Shown here: piece by piece, positions 1 through 9,560 of the stretch
How positions within the stretch are numbered: the stretch's first letter is position 1
How the letters are laid out: the number at the start of each line of letters is the position of its first letter
NCBI GenBank assembly: GCA_035942915.1
Contig: DASZCR010000271.1
Location: 1-57,957 of the forward strand
From: Pyrinomonadaceae bacterium
GTDB lineage: Bacteria; Acidobacteriota; Blastocatellia; Pyrinomonadales; Pyrinomonadaceae
DNA: 57,957 nt
Reading direction: 5' to 3'
Notes under the pieces: generated by a model
The model's database searches: none
Seen by the model: the letters and a program-made list of their open reading frames with translations, nothing else
Told to the model about the DNA's origin: nothing
Translations under genes and position numbers: made by a program

Positions 1-5
1 AAAAC

Positions 6-194
6 ATGAAGAAGAGCAAACTCGCAGCAATCGTCGCCGGTACCGCTTTGGCCGCTTTCACCGCCGCGTGCGGTGGTGATGCGAATACCAACAACACCAA
101 CGCGAACACCAACACGAACACGAACACGAACGCGAGCACCAACACGAACGCCAATGCGAACGCGAACGCGCACAGCGGCAACGCCAATCACTAA
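6..194 (+). CDS. small putative lipoprotein whose mature part is only Asn-Thr/Asn-Ala repeats
   Basis: 62-aa ORF MKKSKLAAIVAGTALAAFTAAC...: basic N-terminus, hydrophobic core, Cys in a lipobox-like context. The remainder is (NT/NA)n encoded by AAC-RCS hexanucleotide repeats. A stem-loop follows at 232-262. Confidence 0.5.
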   Translation: MKKSKLAAIVAGTALAAFTAACGGDANTNNTNANTNTNTNTNASTNTNANANANAHSGNANH

Positions 195-231
195 GGCGTT
201 TTCTTTGATGTTCGGCCGGAAGTAAGTTGCG

Positions 232-262
232 AGAACCGCCGCGAGCGATTCGCGGCGGTTCT
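232..262 (+). terminator. 13-bp GC-rich stem-loop after the small lipoprotein ORF
   Basis: AGAACCGCCGCGA-gcgat-TCGCGGCGGTTCT read directly. There is no clear U-tract, so terminator function is only inferred. Confidence 0.35.
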
Positions 263-346
263 TAGCAAACGCCGCCGCTGCGCGGAGGCGCGCAGGCGGC
301 TCTGAACTTCCAACGAAGAAAGCTTCTCGCTGACAGTCTCACGGGC

Positions 347-1315
347 ATGAGTACCTTCCTACAACAGCTTATCAACGGCATCACTCTGGGCGCGATTTAC
401 GCGCTCATCGCCCTCGGCTACACGATGGTCTACGGCGTGCTGAAGCTCATCAACTTCGCGCACGGCGATGTCTACATGGTCGGGGCTTTCATGGGCTACT
501 ACCTCGCCAACGGTCTCGGCGTGCGCGGCGCGGAAAAGCTCGGCATGGGAGCCGACAGCATCGTCGCGCGCGGACTGCTCGGCGGCGGGTCGATGGAACC
601 GTCGCTGATTACGGCGCTCGTCGTGATGCTGCTGGCGATGGTCATCTGCGCCGCGCTGGGTGCGCTCATCGAGCGGCTCGCCTATCGTCCCGTGCGCAAG
701 TATTCGCGCCTCACGGCGCTGATTACGGCCATCGGCGTCTCGCTCCTGTTGGAGAACGGCGGGCAGGTCGTCTTCGGCGCAGACCCGAAGTTTTTCCCGA
801 CGCTCTTTAAGGCCAGCAACGTCCGCTTGACCGAAGGCGTGACGATTAACAGCGCCGACATCATCGTGCTCGTCATCGCGCTGGCGCTGATGGTCTTGTT
901 GCAGTTCATCGTCTACTACACGAAGACGGGGAAGGCCATGCGCGCCGTCTCCTTCAATCTACAGTCGGCGAAGTTGATGGGCATCAACACAGACCACATC
1001 ATCTCTTTCACCTTCGCGCTCGGCTCGGCGCTGGCCGCCGCCGCAGGCGTCCTTGTCGCCATCCGCATCCCGCGCATCGACCCGCTGATGGGCATCCTCG
1101 TCGGCTTAAAAGCCTTCGTCGCGGCCGTGCTCGGCGGCATCGGCAACATTCCGGGCGCTGTGTTGGGAGGGCTGCTGATAGGAGTGACGGAGACGATGGT
1201 GGTCGGCTATCTCTCGCCCACTTACCGCGACGCCGTCGCCTTCGCAATTCTGATTCTGATTCTCCTGTTCCGCCCGTCGGGTCTGCTCGGCTCGGTCGCG
1301 CAGGAAAAAGTTTAA
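347..1315 (+). CDS. livH: branched-chain amino acid ABC transporter permease LivH
   Basis: 322-aa polytopic ORF with a LivH/BraD-like N-terminus (FLQQLINGITLGAIYALIALGYTMVYG) and a C-terminal RPSGLLG. It is first in a livH-M-G-F gene order. Confidence 0.9.
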   Translation: MSTFLQQLINGITLGAIYALIALGYTMVYGVLKLINFAHGDVYMVGAFMGYYLANGLGVRGAEKLGMGADSIVARGLLGGGSMEPSLITALVVMLLAMVICAALGALIERLAYRPVRKYSRLTALITAIGVSLLLENGGQVVFGADPKFFPTLFKASNVRLTEGVTINSADIIVLVIALALMVLLQFIVYYTKTGKAMRAVSFNLQSAKLMGINTDHIISFTFALGSALAAAAGVLVAIRIPRIDPLMGILVGLKAFVAAVLGGIGNIPGAVLGGLLIGVTETMVVGYLSPTYRDAVAFAILILILLFRPSGLLGSVAQEKV

Positions 1316-1320
1316 GGAAA

Positions 1321-1401
1321 GGATGAGGGATGAGCGACGCGGGATGAATAAGAAAAGACGGGTCTTCGTTCTGTTCATCCCGCGTCGCTCATCCCTCATC
1401 C
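1321..1401. repeat. heptamer-periodic palindromic element, GGATGAG word (perfect 28-bp stem)
   Basis: GGATGAG GGATGAG CGACGCG GGATGAA - 25-nt loop - TTCATCC CGCGTCG CTCATCC CTCATCC. It lies between the livH stop (1315) and the livM ATG (1413). Confidence 0.9.
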
Positions 1402-1412
1402 CTTGAACACTT

Positions 1413-2510
1413 ATGTCTCGCTCCGCGCGCAATCTACTCTTCGGTGTCGTGGTTATCGGCGCGCTGTTTGCGCTCGATTACGTCTTCAAGGCGGGACTCG
1501 TGCCGCCTTACTACAGCCGCATCATCATGCTGGCGGGCATCAACATCACGCTCGCCGTCTCACTCAATCTGATTAACGGCTTCACGGGGCAGTTCTCCAT
1601 CGGCCACGCGGGCTTCATGGCGGTCGGCGCATACTCTTCGGCCTACTTCTCCGTCAATTACGGCGCGGCGCTGGCTGCGACGCTCGGCGGAGGGACGTTC
1701 GGCTGGTTCGTGCCTCTGCTCGTGGCGACGCTGCTCGGCGCGGCCGTCGCAGCCTTCGCCGGGCTGCTCGTCGGCGTGCCGTCTCTGCGCCTGAAGGGCG
1801 ACTACCTCGCCATCGTGACGCTCGGTTTCGGTCAGATTATCGTCGTCCTCATCAATAACATCGAGACTGTCGGCGGCGCACGCGGCTACTCAGGGATTCC
1901 CATCGTCAAAAGTTTCTTCTGGATTTTCCTCGTCGCCGTGTTGACGATTGTCGTCGTTCACAACATCGTCCGCTCGGCCTTCGGACGCGCGCTCGTCTCC
2001 ATCCGCGAAGACGAGTTGGCGGCCGAAGCGATGGGCGTCAACACGACGCGCTACAAGGTGATGGCCTTCGTCATCTCTTCGGCGCTGGCCGGGGCGGGCG
2101 GAGTCTTGCTGGCGCACTTCGACGGGTATCTCAATCCGAAGTCGTTCGAGTTCATACGCTCGTTCGAGATTCTCATCATGATTATCCTCGGCGGCCTCGG
2201 CTCAATCGTCGGCTCTGTGCTTGGCGCGATAGTGCTGACGGTCTTGCCGGAAGCCCTGCGCGGCTTTGCCGAGTACAGAATGGTCATCTACTCGCTGATG
2301 CTCATCATCCTGATGCTGACGCGGCCGCAGGGACTCTTGGGGAGCACGGCCGCCTTCAAGGGCTGGCGCGCGCGTCTGCGACCGAAGACGAGGACGCAGA
2401 CAGAGGAGATTACGGCCGAAGACACGCGCACGCACGAGGCCGTCGATAAGGCCACGACGGGGCAGCGCCAGCGCGAAACATCACTGGGCGAGGGGGACAA
2501 AACGCGATGA
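1413..2510 (+). CDS. livM: branched-chain amino acid ABC transporter permease LivM
   Basis: 365-aa polytopic ORF with a LivM-like core (NLINGFTGQFSIGHAGFMAVGAY), RPQGLLG and a charged C-terminal tail. Its stop overlaps the livG start (ATGA at 2507-2510). Confidence 0.9.
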   Translation: MSRSARNLLFGVVVIGALFALDYVFKAGLVPPYYSRIIMLAGINITLAVSLNLINGFTGQFSIGHAGFMAVGAYSSAYFSVNYGAALAATLGGGTFGWFVPLLVATLLGAAVAAFAGLLVGVPSLRLKGDYLAIVTLGFGQIIVVLINNIETVGGARGYSGIPIVKSFFWIFLVAVLTIVVVHNIVRSAFGRALVSIREDELAAEAMGVNTTRYKVMAFVISSALAGAGGVLLAHFDGYLNPKSFEFIRSFEILIMIILGGLGSIVGSVLGAIVLTVLPEALRGFAEYRMVIYSLMLIILMLTRPQGLLGSTAAFKGWRARLRPKTRTQTEEITAEDTRTHEAVDKATTGQRQRETSLGEGDKTR

Positions 2511-3334
2511 CGCCGGACACGAGCACGCCGCACGCGCAGGCGACCGCAGCGGGCGCGGGCGCCGCCGCGCCAATGACGCCCATCCTGCGCACCACGAAAT
2601 GCACCATCCGCTTCGGCGGCCTCGTCGCCGTCAACGAACTCGACATGGCCGTCCGCCCCGGCGAAATCTACGGCCTCATCGGGCCGAACGGCGCGGGCAA
2701 AACCACCATCTTCAACCTGCTCACAGGCGTCTATACTCCGACCTCCGGCGAGATACATTTTCAGGGAGAGCGCATCGACGGCCGCCGTCCCTACGAAATC
2801 GCCGCGCGCGGCGTCTCGCGCACGTTTCAGAATATACGTCTGTTTCCGAGCATGAGCGTGTTGGAGAACGTCATGACGGCCTGCCACATACACACGCGGC
2901 AGAGCCTCGTCGATGCCATCCTGCGCACGCCGCGCTACGGTCAGGACGAGCGCGAGCACGAAGAGTTCTGTCTCGAACTGCTCGAAATCTTCGACCTCGC
3001 GCGCTTCCGCGATGAAGGCGGCACGAGTCTGCCTTACGGCAACCAGCGCCGCCTCGAAATCGTCCGCGCGCTCGCCACGCGCCCCAAACTGCTGCTCTTG
3101 GACGAACCGGCCGCCGGGATGAACCCTGCCGAGCAGGACGACCTCCTCAACCTGATTCACCAGATACGCGACCGCTTCGGTCTCACCATCCTTCTCGTCG
3201 AACACAACATGAAGGTCGTGATGGGCGTCTGCGAACGCATACAGGTGGTTGACTACGGCAAGTCCATCGCTCTGGGGCTGCCCGAAGAGATTAGGAACGA
3301 CCCCAAGGTCATCGAAGCGTATCTGGGAGACTGA
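2507..3334 (+). CDS. livG: branched-chain amino acid ABC transporter ATP-binding protein LivG
   Basis: Walker A GPNGAGKTT, LPYGNQRRLEIVRAL, Walker B LLLLDEPAAGMN, C-terminal VIEAYLG. An alternative start at the internal Met (2573) is possible. Confidence 0.9.
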   Translation: MTPDTSTPHAQATAAGAGAAAPMTPILRTTKCTIRFGGLVAVNELDMAVRPGEIYGLIGPNGAGKTTIFNLLTGVYTPTSGEIHFQGERIDGRRPYEIAARGVSRTFQNIRLFPSMSVLENVMTACHIHTRQSLVDAILRTPRYGQDEREHEEFCLELLEIFDLARFRDEGGTSLPYGNQRRLEIVRALATRPKLLLLDEPAAGMNPAEQDDLLNLIHQIRDRFGLTILLVEHNMKVVMGVCERIQVVDYGKSIALGLPEEIRNDPKVIEAYLGD

Positions 3335-3338
3335 AGAA

Positions 3339-3412
3339 GTGATAAGTGATGGGTGAGAGGTGAGAGGATAAAACCTGTCTTCTCTTATCACCCATCACTT
3401 ATCACCTATCAC
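3339..3412. repeat. heptamer-periodic palindromic element, GTGATRG type (4 + core + 4, 74 nt)
   Basis: GTGATAA GTGATGG GTGAGAG GTGAGAG - GATAAAACCTGTCTTCTC - TTATCAC CCATCAC TTATCAC CTATCAC. It lies between the livG stop (3334) and the livF ATG (3420). Confidence 0.9.
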
Positions 3413-3419
3413 GGTTTTT

Positions 3420-4124
3420 ATGCTGACACTGGAAAACATCTCTGTTAATTACGGTGCGATTAATGCGCTCAAGGGCGTCTCGATGCATGTCGAGCGCGGT
3501 GAGGTGATTACGCTCATCGGGGCAAACGGCGCGGGGAAGACGACGACGCTCAGAACCATTACGGGACTCTTAAGCCCGCGCGAGGGGCGCGTGCTCTACG
3601 AGGGCGAGGAGATTAGCGGCACGCCGACGCATAAGCTCGTCGCGCGCGGCATCGCCATGTCGCCCGAAGGGCGCGGCGTCTTCGCCAACCTGACCGTCAG
3701 AGAGAACTTGCAGATGGGCGCGTATCTGCAAAAGGACAAGCGCAAGCAGGCAGAGGACATGGAGCGCGCCTTCCGCATGTTCCCGCGTCTGAAGGAACGC
3801 GAGACGCAGAAGGCCGGAACGCTCTCCGGCGGCGAACAGCAGATGCTGGCGATGGGACGCGCGCTGATGTCGCGCCCGCGCCTCTTGCTTCTGGATGAAC
3901 CCTCGCTCGGTCTTGCCCCGCTCGTCGTCCACACCATCTTCGAGGCCATCGAGGAGATTCGCAGCGAGGGCACGACCATCCTTCTCGTCGAGCAGAACGC
4001 ACACGCCGCGCTCGGCCACTCCGACCGCGCCTACGTCCTTGAGACCGGCCGCATCGTCATGGAAGGCCCCTCGAAGGAACTCGCCGCCGACCCGCGCATC
4101 AAGGAAGCCTACCTCGGCGAATAA
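3420..4124 (+). CDS. livF: branched-chain amino acid ABC transporter ATP-binding protein LivF
   Basis: Walker A GANGAGKTT, signature LSGGEQQMLA, Walker B LLLLDEPSLGLAP, C-terminal IKEAYLG. Confidence 0.9.
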   Translation: MLTLENISVNYGAINALKGVSMHVERGEVITLIGANGAGKTTTLRTITGLLSPREGRVLYEGEEISGTPTHKLVARGIAMSPEGRGVFANLTVRENLQMGAYLQKDKRKQAEDMERAFRMFPRLKERETQKAGTLSGGEQQMLAMGRALMSRPRLLLLDEPSLGLAPLVVHTIFEAIEEIRSEGTTILLVEQNAHAALGHSDRAYVLETGRIVMEGPSKELAADPRIKEAYLGE

Positions 4125-4165
4125 CCGCCCCATCGGCAGACGACAAACTTGCTCAGCCGTTGTCG

Positions 4166-5557
4166 CTAACCGGCGAGCGAGGCGCGCGCGGCGGCGAGCG
4201 CCTCTGCGACGCGTTCCGGCGCAGTCCCTCCCGTCTGTCGCTTGGTCGCCAACGTCTGCTCAAGAGAGAGCGCATCGTAGACATCTTCCTCGACGAGAGG
4301 CGAAAACTCACGCAGCTCTTCGAGGTCTAGTTCCTGCAACTCCAAACCCTTCTCGATAGCCTTTAAGACCATCCGCCCGACCGTCTCGTGCGCCTCGCGG
4401 AAGGGCAGGCCGCGCCGCGCCAGATAGTCTGCCATCTCGGTCGCGTTCATGTAGCCGAGCGTCGCCGCATCGTACGCACGCACCTCGCGCACACGCAGGT
4501 TGCCGAGCACTGTGGCCGTCACTTCCAGAGACGCGCGCACCGTGTCGGCCGCGTCGAAGACCGCTTCCTTGTCCTCCTGCAAGTCCTTGTTGTAGGTGAG
4601 GGGCAGCCCCTTGACGAGCGCCAGCAACGCCGTCAGGTGACCGAAGACGCGCCCCGCCTTGCCGCGCACCAACTCCAACGCGTCCGGGTTCTTCTTCTGC
4701 GGCATGATGCTCGACCCGGTCGCCACCGCATCGCCCAACTCGATGAAGCCGAACTCGTTCGTCGCATACAGGATGATGTCTTCGGCGAGACGCGACAGGT
4801 GCGCCATGATGAGACTCGCCGCCGCCACGAACTCAACGCAGAAGTCGCGGTCGCTGACGGCGTCCAGACTGTTGCGCGTCACGCCGTCGAAGCCGAGCGC
4901 GTGCGCGACCGCCTCGCGGTCGATGGCGTAACTCGTCCCGGCGAGCGCGGCCGAACCGAGCGGCGAGACGTTCGTGCGACGGCGCACGTCTCCGAGCCGT
5001 TCGCGGTCGCGCGCGAACATCTCGACGTAGGCGAGACACCAATGCGCAAAGAGGATGGGCTGCGCGCGTTGAAGATGCGTGTAGCCGGGAAGGACTGCAT
5101 CGGCGTGAGCCTCCGCCAACTCGACGAGGGCGGCCTGCGTCGCACGCACGCGCTCCGAGAGACCTTCAATCTCATCGCGCAGCCACAGGCGCAGCGCCGT
5201 CGCCACCTGGTCGTTGCGACTGCGCCCCGCGTGCAACTTGCGCCCCGCATCGCCGACCAACTCGACAAGCCGCGCCTCGACGAACGAATGTACGTCCTCT
5301 GCGCTCTCGTCTTCGAGATAGCTCGCGCCTCCGGCCTCTGCACGTTCGAGCAGCGTCCGCAAGGCGGCGTTGATGCGCGCGGCTTCCTCCTGCGTGAGCA
5401 CGCCCGCCCTGCGTAAGCCCTCGCAGTGCGCGAGGCTCCCCCGCACGTCGGCCTCGAAGAGACGACGGTCGAAGCCGAACGAGCGATTGAAACGCGCGAA
5501 GCCCGCATCAGTCGCACCCCGAAATCTTCCGCCCCACAGATTTTTCGCTTCACTCAT
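4166..5557 (-). CDS. argH: argininosuccinate lyase
   Basis: 463 aa. WGGRF near the N-terminus and the fumarate-lyase signature GSSIMPQKKNPD. Divergent from argR. Confidence 0.95.
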   Translation of the reverse strand: MSEAKNLWGGRFRGATDAGFARFNRSFGFDRRLFEADVRGSLAHCEGLRRAGVLTQEEAARINAALRTLLERAEAGGASYLEDESAEDVHSFVEARLVELVGDAGRKLHAGRSRNDQVATALRLWLRDEIEGLSERVRATQAALVELAEAHADAVLPGYTHLQRAQPILFAHWCLAYVEMFARDRERLGDVRRRTNVSPLGSAALAGTSYAIDREAVAHALGFDGVTRNSLDAVSDRDFCVEFVAAASLIMAHLSRLAEDIILYATNEFGFIELGDAVATGSSIMPQKKNPDALELVRGKAGRVFGHLTALLALVKGLPLTYNKDLQEDKEAVFDAADTVRASLEVTATVLGNLRVREVRAYDAATLGYMNATEMADYLARRGLPFREAHETVGRMVLKAIEKGLELQELDLEELREFSPLVEEDVYDALSLEQTLATKRQTGGTAPERVAEALAAARASLAG

Positions 5558-5604
5558 AAGCCGGTTTTTATCACCTTCCGCGCCGACGCTCGACGAAAAC
5601 TTTG

Positions 5605-5668
5605 CTTTGATGCATCTTGCGTGCTATTTTATGCATCTATGCACAAGTTATGCAAATTTCGCGCATAA
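5605..5668. promoter_or_regulatory. candidate ArgR operators (ARG-box-like palindromes) in the argH/argR divergent region
   Basis: AT-rich stretch with repeated TGCAT/ATGCA half-sites: TGCAT(5611)...ATGCATCTATGCAC(5631-5644)...TTATGCAaatttcGCGCATAA(5648-5668). The palindromic geometry is roughly that of 18-bp ARG boxes. No exact consensus match is claimed. Confidence 0.4.
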
Positions 5669-5679
5669 CAGGAAGAGCG

Positions 5680-6096
5680 ATGGACAAGGAAAGGCGACAG
5701 CAGAAAATCCTCAGCCTGATTCGCGCGCGGCGCATCGGGACGCAGCAGGAGTTGGCGGCGCAGTTGGAGCGCGCGGGTGTGGTGGCGACGCAGTCGAGCA
5801 TCTCGCGCGACCTCGAAGAGCTGGGCGTCGTCAAGCAGCAGGGGCGCTACACTTTGCCGCGCGCGGCTGACGGAGCAGCGGCGCGCGGCTTGTTGGAACT
5901 CGAAGCGGCGGGCGATTGTCTCGTCGTGGCGAGGTGCGAGCCGGGGTTGGCGTCGGCGGTGGCGGTCGAGATTGACCGCGCCGCCATCGCAGAGATTGTC
6001 GGGACGATTGCTGGCGAGGACACCATCTTTATCGCTGTCCGCGAGCGACGCGAGCAGCGCGCGGCGATGAAGAGAATCTGGGAACTGTTCGGTTAA
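5680..6096 (+). CDS. argR: arginine repressor ArgR
   Basis: Winged-helix N-terminus (QQELAAQLERAGVVATQSSISRDLEELG) and C-terminal GTIAGEDTIFI motif. Start placed at ATG 5680 (MDKERRQQ); the ORF track begins at 5617. Confidence 0.85.
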   Translation: MDKERRQQKILSLIRARRIGTQQELAAQLERAGVVATQSSISRDLEELGVVKQQGRYTLPRAADGAAARGLLELEAAGDCLVVARCEPGLASAVAVEIDRAAIAEIVGTIAGEDTIFIAVRERREQRAAMKRIWELFG

Positions 6097-6113
6097 TTTT
6101 GAAAGGCTGAATT

Positions 6114-7297
<1,184 letters not shown>

Positions 7298-7313
<16 letters not shown>

Positions 7314-7429
7314 TGGGTGATGGGTGATAGGAAAAGAGTGATGGGTGATGGGTGATGGGTGATAGGAGAAAGGCTGTTTCTTATCACCTATCACCTATCA
7401 CCCATCACTTCCTTCCTATCACTTATCAC
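7298..7429. repeat. heptamer-periodic palindromic element, GTGATRG type, nested/composite
   Basis: Four outer G-units, GAAAAGA, four inner G-units, core GAGAAAGGCTGTTTCT, four inner C-units, TTCCTTC, two outer C-units. Everything stays in a 7-nt register. Confidence 0.9.
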
Positions 7430-7447
7430 TGATTTAGGGAGGCGGCG

Positions 7448-8503
7448 ATGGTAACGAGGGTTGAGGTTGACAAGGTCGGGTCGGCGGCGTCGGGGCTTGG
7501 ATTGGAGAGGTCTCTGACGGTGACGCGCGAGGCGCGGAAGGTGCGCGCGGGCGACGTGCTGGTGGTGCGTGCGCTGACCGACAGCGCGACCTACAACCAG
7601 TTGGAGTTGCCTTCGGGGCGTCTGGCGAAGATTAATCCGGGCGATGTGCTCGTCGGCGTGCTCGGCAGTCGCCGCGCGCTCAAAGGTTTCGTCGGAGACG
7701 TGCCGGAGGCGGTCGCCGAGGGCGACGAATTGCACCTCCTGAACATGGGCGGCGTCGTCGGCCGTTGCACGGGTCATCATTCGAGTCTGAGCGATGCCAT
7801 CCGCGTGCGCGTCCTCGGACTTGCGTGCGATGCGCGGGGCGAGCGCGTGCACAACATCTCGGACGGCGCGTTGCCGCTGCGCGAGAGGCTGGGCGCGAGC
7901 GCGCCGCTCGTCGTCGTCGCGGGAGCGTGCATGAACAGCGGCAAGACGTTTGCGGCGACGGAGATAGTCAGGCAGGCGACGCGGCACGGTTTGCGCGTGG
8001 CGGCCGGAAAACTGTCGGGCGTCGCCTGCCTGCGCGACACCTTGAACATGGCCGACCATGGCGCGGTGGCGACCGCGAGCTTTCTCGATTGCGGTCTGCC
8101 TTCGACGGTCGGCGTCGGCGACCTTGCGCCCGTCGCGAAGGCCGTCGTCGCGCGTCTCAACGAGTGCGCGCCCGACCTCGTCGTTATCGAACTGGGGGAC
8201 GGCATCCTCGGCGGCTACTCTGTGGATTCCGTGTTTGACGATGCGGAGTTGCGCGCGGCGACGAGCGCGATTGTCTTCTGCGCGTCGGATTACGTCGGCG
8301 CGTGGGGAGGCATCGAGTTGTTTCGTCGCAGAGGCTTGCGCGTGGACGTGGTGGCCGGGTCTGTCACCGACTCGCAGATGGGCGAGGACTACATCGAACG
8401 CGAGTTCGACGTTCCGGCCGGAAATGCCAAACGCAACGGTGCGCGGCTCTTCGAGTTGATTCGCCCGAAGATTGTCGGCAGCAAACTCGAAGTCGCCGCA
8501 TAG
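7448..8503 (+). CDS. uncharacterised P-loop (Walker A-like) protein embedded in the arg operon
   Basis: 351-aa ORF with protein-like composition, unlike the R-rich antisense ORF 7391-8551. It has VVVAGACMNSGKT, later LVVIELGDG (a Walker-B-like strand plus acidic residue), and an N-terminal ~150 aa that is beta-rich with no motif I recognise. It lies between argG and argC on the same strand, and its stop is 22 nt before the argC ATG. Confidence 0.7.
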   Translation: MVTRVEVDKVGSAASGLGLERSLTVTREARKVRAGDVLVVRALTDSATYNQLELPSGRLAKINPGDVLVGVLGSRRALKGFVGDVPEAVAEGDELHLLNMGGVVGRCTGHHSSLSDAIRVRVLGLACDARGERVHNISDGALPLRERLGASAPLVVVAGACMNSGKTFAATEIVRQATRHGLRVAAGKLSGVACLRDTLNMADHGAVATASFLDCGLPSTVGVGDLAPVAKAVVARLNECAPDLVVIELGDGILGGYSVDSVFDDAELRAATSAIVFCASDYVGAWGGIELFRRRGLRVDVVAGSVTDSQMGEDYIEREFDVPAGNAKRNGARLFELIRPKIVGSKLEVAA

Positions 8504-8525
8504 AACGTTGAAGCAGGGTTTTGAA

Positions 8526-9560
8526 ATGGGTATGAAAATCAGGGTCGGCATCTATGGCGGGTCGGGTTACGGGGGCGCGGAGCTTTTGCGCATCCTGCTC
8601 GCACACCCGCACGCGGAGGTCGCGCTCGTCACGGCCAACGAGCACGCGGGCAAGAGCGTCGGCGAGGTTCATCGCAATCTGTACGGGTTGACCGACCTGC
8701 GCTTCGTCTCTGCGCCCGCCGAGCCGGAGAGCCTGCGCGAACTCGACTGCCTCTTCCTCGCGCTGCCGCACGGGCAGGCGCTTGAGATTGCGCCGCGCCT
8801 GCCGGAGCACGTCCGCGTGATAGACCTGTCGGGCGATTTTCGTCTCGGCGACCCTGCGGAGTTTGCCGCGCATTACGGGCGCGAGCACACGGCCGTCGAG
8901 TTGCAGAAGAACTTCGTCTACGGGTTGACGGAGATTAACCGCGAGCGCATCGCGCGTGCGCGCCTCGTCAGCAATCCCGGTTGCTTCGCTACGGCGACGC
9001 TGCTCGGTCTCGCTCCGCTGGTGGCGCGCGGCGCGCTCACGGGTCGCGTCGTCGTCGATGCCAAGACCGGCTCTTCCGGTTCAGGCGCCAAGCCTGCGTC
9101 CAACACGCATCACCCGCAGCGCGCCAACTCCTTCTACGCCTACAAGCCTTTCACGCACCAGCACGTGCCGGAGATTGAACAAGCCCTGCGCGGCGTCGGC
9201 GACTGGACGAGCGAGTTCGTCTTCATGACCCATTCGCTTCCGGTCTCGCGCGGCATCTTCGCTTCGATTTATGTCGAGACGCGAGAGGAGACGAGCGAGG
9301 AGGCCGCACGCGAACTGTTCGCAGACTTCTACGGCGAGAGCTTCTTTGTGCGTCTCGTCAAAGGCTCGCCCGACATCAACTGGGTCAAGCTGACGAACTT
9401 TTGCGATATCGGATTCGCCGCGCGCAGGCATCAACTCGTCGTCTTCGCGGCGCTCGATAACCTTGTCAAAGGCGCGGCCGGTCAAGCCGTACAGAACATG
9501 AACCTGATGTTCGGTCTCGACGAGAAGACCGCTCTGACCTTCGTCGGCGGCAATCCATGA
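8526..9560 (+). CDS. argC: N-acetyl-gamma-glutamyl-phosphate reductase
   Basis: GGSGYGGAELLRILLAHP Rossmann N-terminus and the active-site Cys in SNPGCFAT. Start placed at ATG 8526 (MGMKIRV) rather than the track start 8472. Confidence 0.9.
   Translation: MGMKIRVGIYGGSGYGGAELLRILLAHPHAEVALVTANEHAGKSVGEVHRNLYGLTDLRFVSAPAEPESLRELDCLFLALPHGQALEIAPRLPEHVRVIDLSGDFRLGDPAEFAAHYGREHTAVELQKNFVYGLTEINRERIARARLVSNPGCFATATLLGLAPLVARGALTGRVVVDAKTGSSGSGAKPASNTHHPQRANSFYAYKPFTHQHVPEIEQALRGVGDWTSEFVFMTHSLPVSRGIFASIYVETREETSEEAARELFADFYGESFFVRLVKGSPDINWVKLTNFCDIGFAARRHQLVVFAALDNLVKGAAGQAVQNMNLMFGLDEKTALTFVGGNP

Noticed and set aside
3339-3412. Calling the heptamer elements mobile elements (MITEs) or simple Rho-independent terminators.
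   Set aside because: I could not identify consistent target-site duplications, terminal inverted repeats distinct from the arms, or any transposase. Many copies lie inside operons, and only some are followed by T-runs. I therefore typed them as repeats and left mobility and termination as hypotheses.
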